64,000 bases of DNA. Origin: Octopus bimaculoides. Its lineage: Eukaryota. The stretch is taken from contig NC_068993.1 in the NCBI RefSeq assembly GCF_001194135.2, positions 52,513,148-52,577,147 on the forward strand, given 5' to 3'. Every line of letters begins with the position of its first letter. Positions within the stretch are counted from its first letter, which is position 1. The position numbers were made by a program, and so were the translations under genes. Under the pieces are notes generated by a model. That model was not told the DNA's origin. It saw only the letters and a program-made list of their open reading frames with translations, and ran no database searches. Below are positions 61,998 through 64,000 of this stretch, piece by piece.

Positions 61998-62542
61998 NNN
62001 NNNNNNNNNNNNNNNNNNNNNNNNNNNNNNNNNNNNNNNNNNNNNNNNNNNNNNNNNNNNNNNNNNNNNNNNNNNNNNNNNNNNNNNNNNNNNNNNNNNN
62101 NNNNNNNNNNNNNNNNNNNNNNNNNNNNNNNNNNNNNNNNNNNNNNNNNNNNNNNNNNNNNNNNNNNNNNNNNNNNNNNNNNNNNNNNNNNNNNNNNNNN
62201 NNNNNNNNNNNNNNNNNNNNNNNNNNNNNNNNNNNNNNNNNNNNNNNNNNNNNNNNNNNNNNNNNNNNNNNNNNNNNNNNNNNNNNNNNNNNNNNNNNNN
62301 NNNNNNNNNNNNNNNNNNNNNNNNNNNNNNNNNNNNNNNNNNNNNNNNNNNNNNNNNNNNNNNNNNNNNNNNNNNNNNNNNNNNNNNNNNNNNNNNNNNN
62401 NNNNNNNNNNNNNNNNNNNNNNNNNNNNNNNNNNNNNNNNNNNNNNNNNNNNNTATATATACACACACATATACATGTGTGTGTATATATGTATATGTAT
62501 GAATGTGTGTCTATGTAATATATGTACACACACAATTGCATT

Positions 62543-62579
<37 letters not shown>

Positions 62580-63951
62580 ATATATAATACACATATTTAG
62601 AATACTGAGGTGGAGAAAATTCAATACAGAAACCATTGTACAGAATCAGTTCAATGAATATGTTTTGCTGTTTTCTTTGGTTTTTTTTTTGTTGATTTAT
62701 GTCTGTGTGCATGTGTGTGTGCGTGCGTGCGTGCGTGGATGTGTGTATAATATTTCTTTCTTTGCATTAGAAGTTTATGATAATGCTGCAGTCATGCAAT
62801 GTATTGTCATGACTTCTCAGCCATCTCCACCTAGTAACAATACTAATAGTGATGTTTACGGAGCTATATGATATAGGTAATACGTATATAAACTTCATAC
62901 TTTGGGCAAAAGAGAATATATATATATATATATATTTATATCTATAGATATATAATATATATATATATACATATGCATATACATTTACATATATATATAT
63001 AAACACACATATATACATATACATGCATATATGTATTTACATGCATACAAGCACACAAACATACACATAGAAAAATGTTTGTTATGTATTACTTGTGTAA
63101 ACATTTAAGTGCTCACTGCATGCTTGTGGTAAATATGTAGTCATATTTATGCCACTATATATGTGTGTGGATATATATATATGTATATGTCTCTGTGTGT
63201 GTGTCAATATGTATGTATATGTCTCTATATACACACATCCATATATATGTATGCATATATGTATAGTATATATGCATATTTATATATATATGGAGGCACT
63301 TCATATCCTGGTTTCCTAAGCAGCTCAGCACCGTGATAAATGAGCATTGCTGATCACCTACATGTTTATACATGTCTAAGCAAGGTGAGGCTCTGCTATC
63401 TACTGAAATGCTTGGCTATTTGAAATGACTGGATGATGTAACCCATAGATTACTAGGGTACCATTCAATGCCACTAACACTTTACTTCATCATAAATTGC
63501 TAGAAATTCTTTTTATTTATTTTTTTTCCATCAAAGCATCATGTTTTTTTTTTATGATTTTAACATTTTTTTTTGCGTTCTTTTGAAGCATTTACACTGC
63601 ATATTTAGTCCAATTTTTTATTGTCCACTCCTGGTCAACTGCAATCATGTTGTTTATTGTTTCTTTCGGTATACATGTAAACCATGTGAATATATCTAAT
63701 GTGTAACTATCTGAGTAATAGTTCTATATGTTTATACATTCAATTATATATGCATACGGTAATATTAAAAAATTATGTATTTACATGTATATACATCCAT
63801 ATATGTGTGTGTGTTCATACATATATATATGTGTATGTATAAATACAAATATATATATACATCTATATTTATATGTATATATATATACATACATCTATGT
63901 ATATATAGTTACATAGATATATTTATTTATACATAGATATATATATATATG

Positions 63952-64000
<49 letters not shown>

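Noticed and set aside
1645-63916. Long ORFs in the supplied track (poly-IY/CV/HT, poly-X, poly-H/N/L)
   Set aside because: They run through N-gaps or (TA)n, (CA)n, (CAT)n and (TTA)n microsatellites; no codon or domain evidence.
61890-64000. Alternative donor in E20 (CA|gtaatg) or a polyadenylation site
   Set aside because: The donor is weak and the frame ends naturally at TAG 61930. I saw no AATAAA downstream, and a gap interrupts the region, so the 3' end cannot be called.

Overview
AT-rich eukaryotic scaffold, dense in microsatellites, SINEs and MITEs, with 11 N-gaps. The repeat content resembles an octopus (coleoid cephalopod) genome; the species assignment is inference. The whole window lies inside one + strand gene, a PDE2-family cGMP-stimulated cyclic nucleotide phosphodiesterase (GAF-A C-terminal part, GAF-B, HD-type catalytic domain). 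I traced it manually as 20 exon positions from 5445 to the stop codon at 61930. All have GT-AG boundaries and consistent phases, and they join into a 1860-nt, 619-aa open frame. The 5' exons lie upstream of the window or in gaps. Most exons are invisible in the supplied ORF track. The main discovery is a tandem pair of paralogous 78-nt exons (29126-29203 and 29308-29385) separated by a 104-nt intron. Each encodes a different version of the helix linking GAF-B to the catalytic domain. This is a candidate mutually exclusive splicing switch in the allosteric transmission helix, with an RBFOX motif between the exons and a stem over the first acceptor. The introns also carry several long hairpins (one pre-miRNA-like), inverted TE pairs that would form dsRNA, microsatellite-embedded RLE retroelement tails and many SINE/LINE/MITE relics. 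No true tRNA, rRNA or CRISPR features were found.
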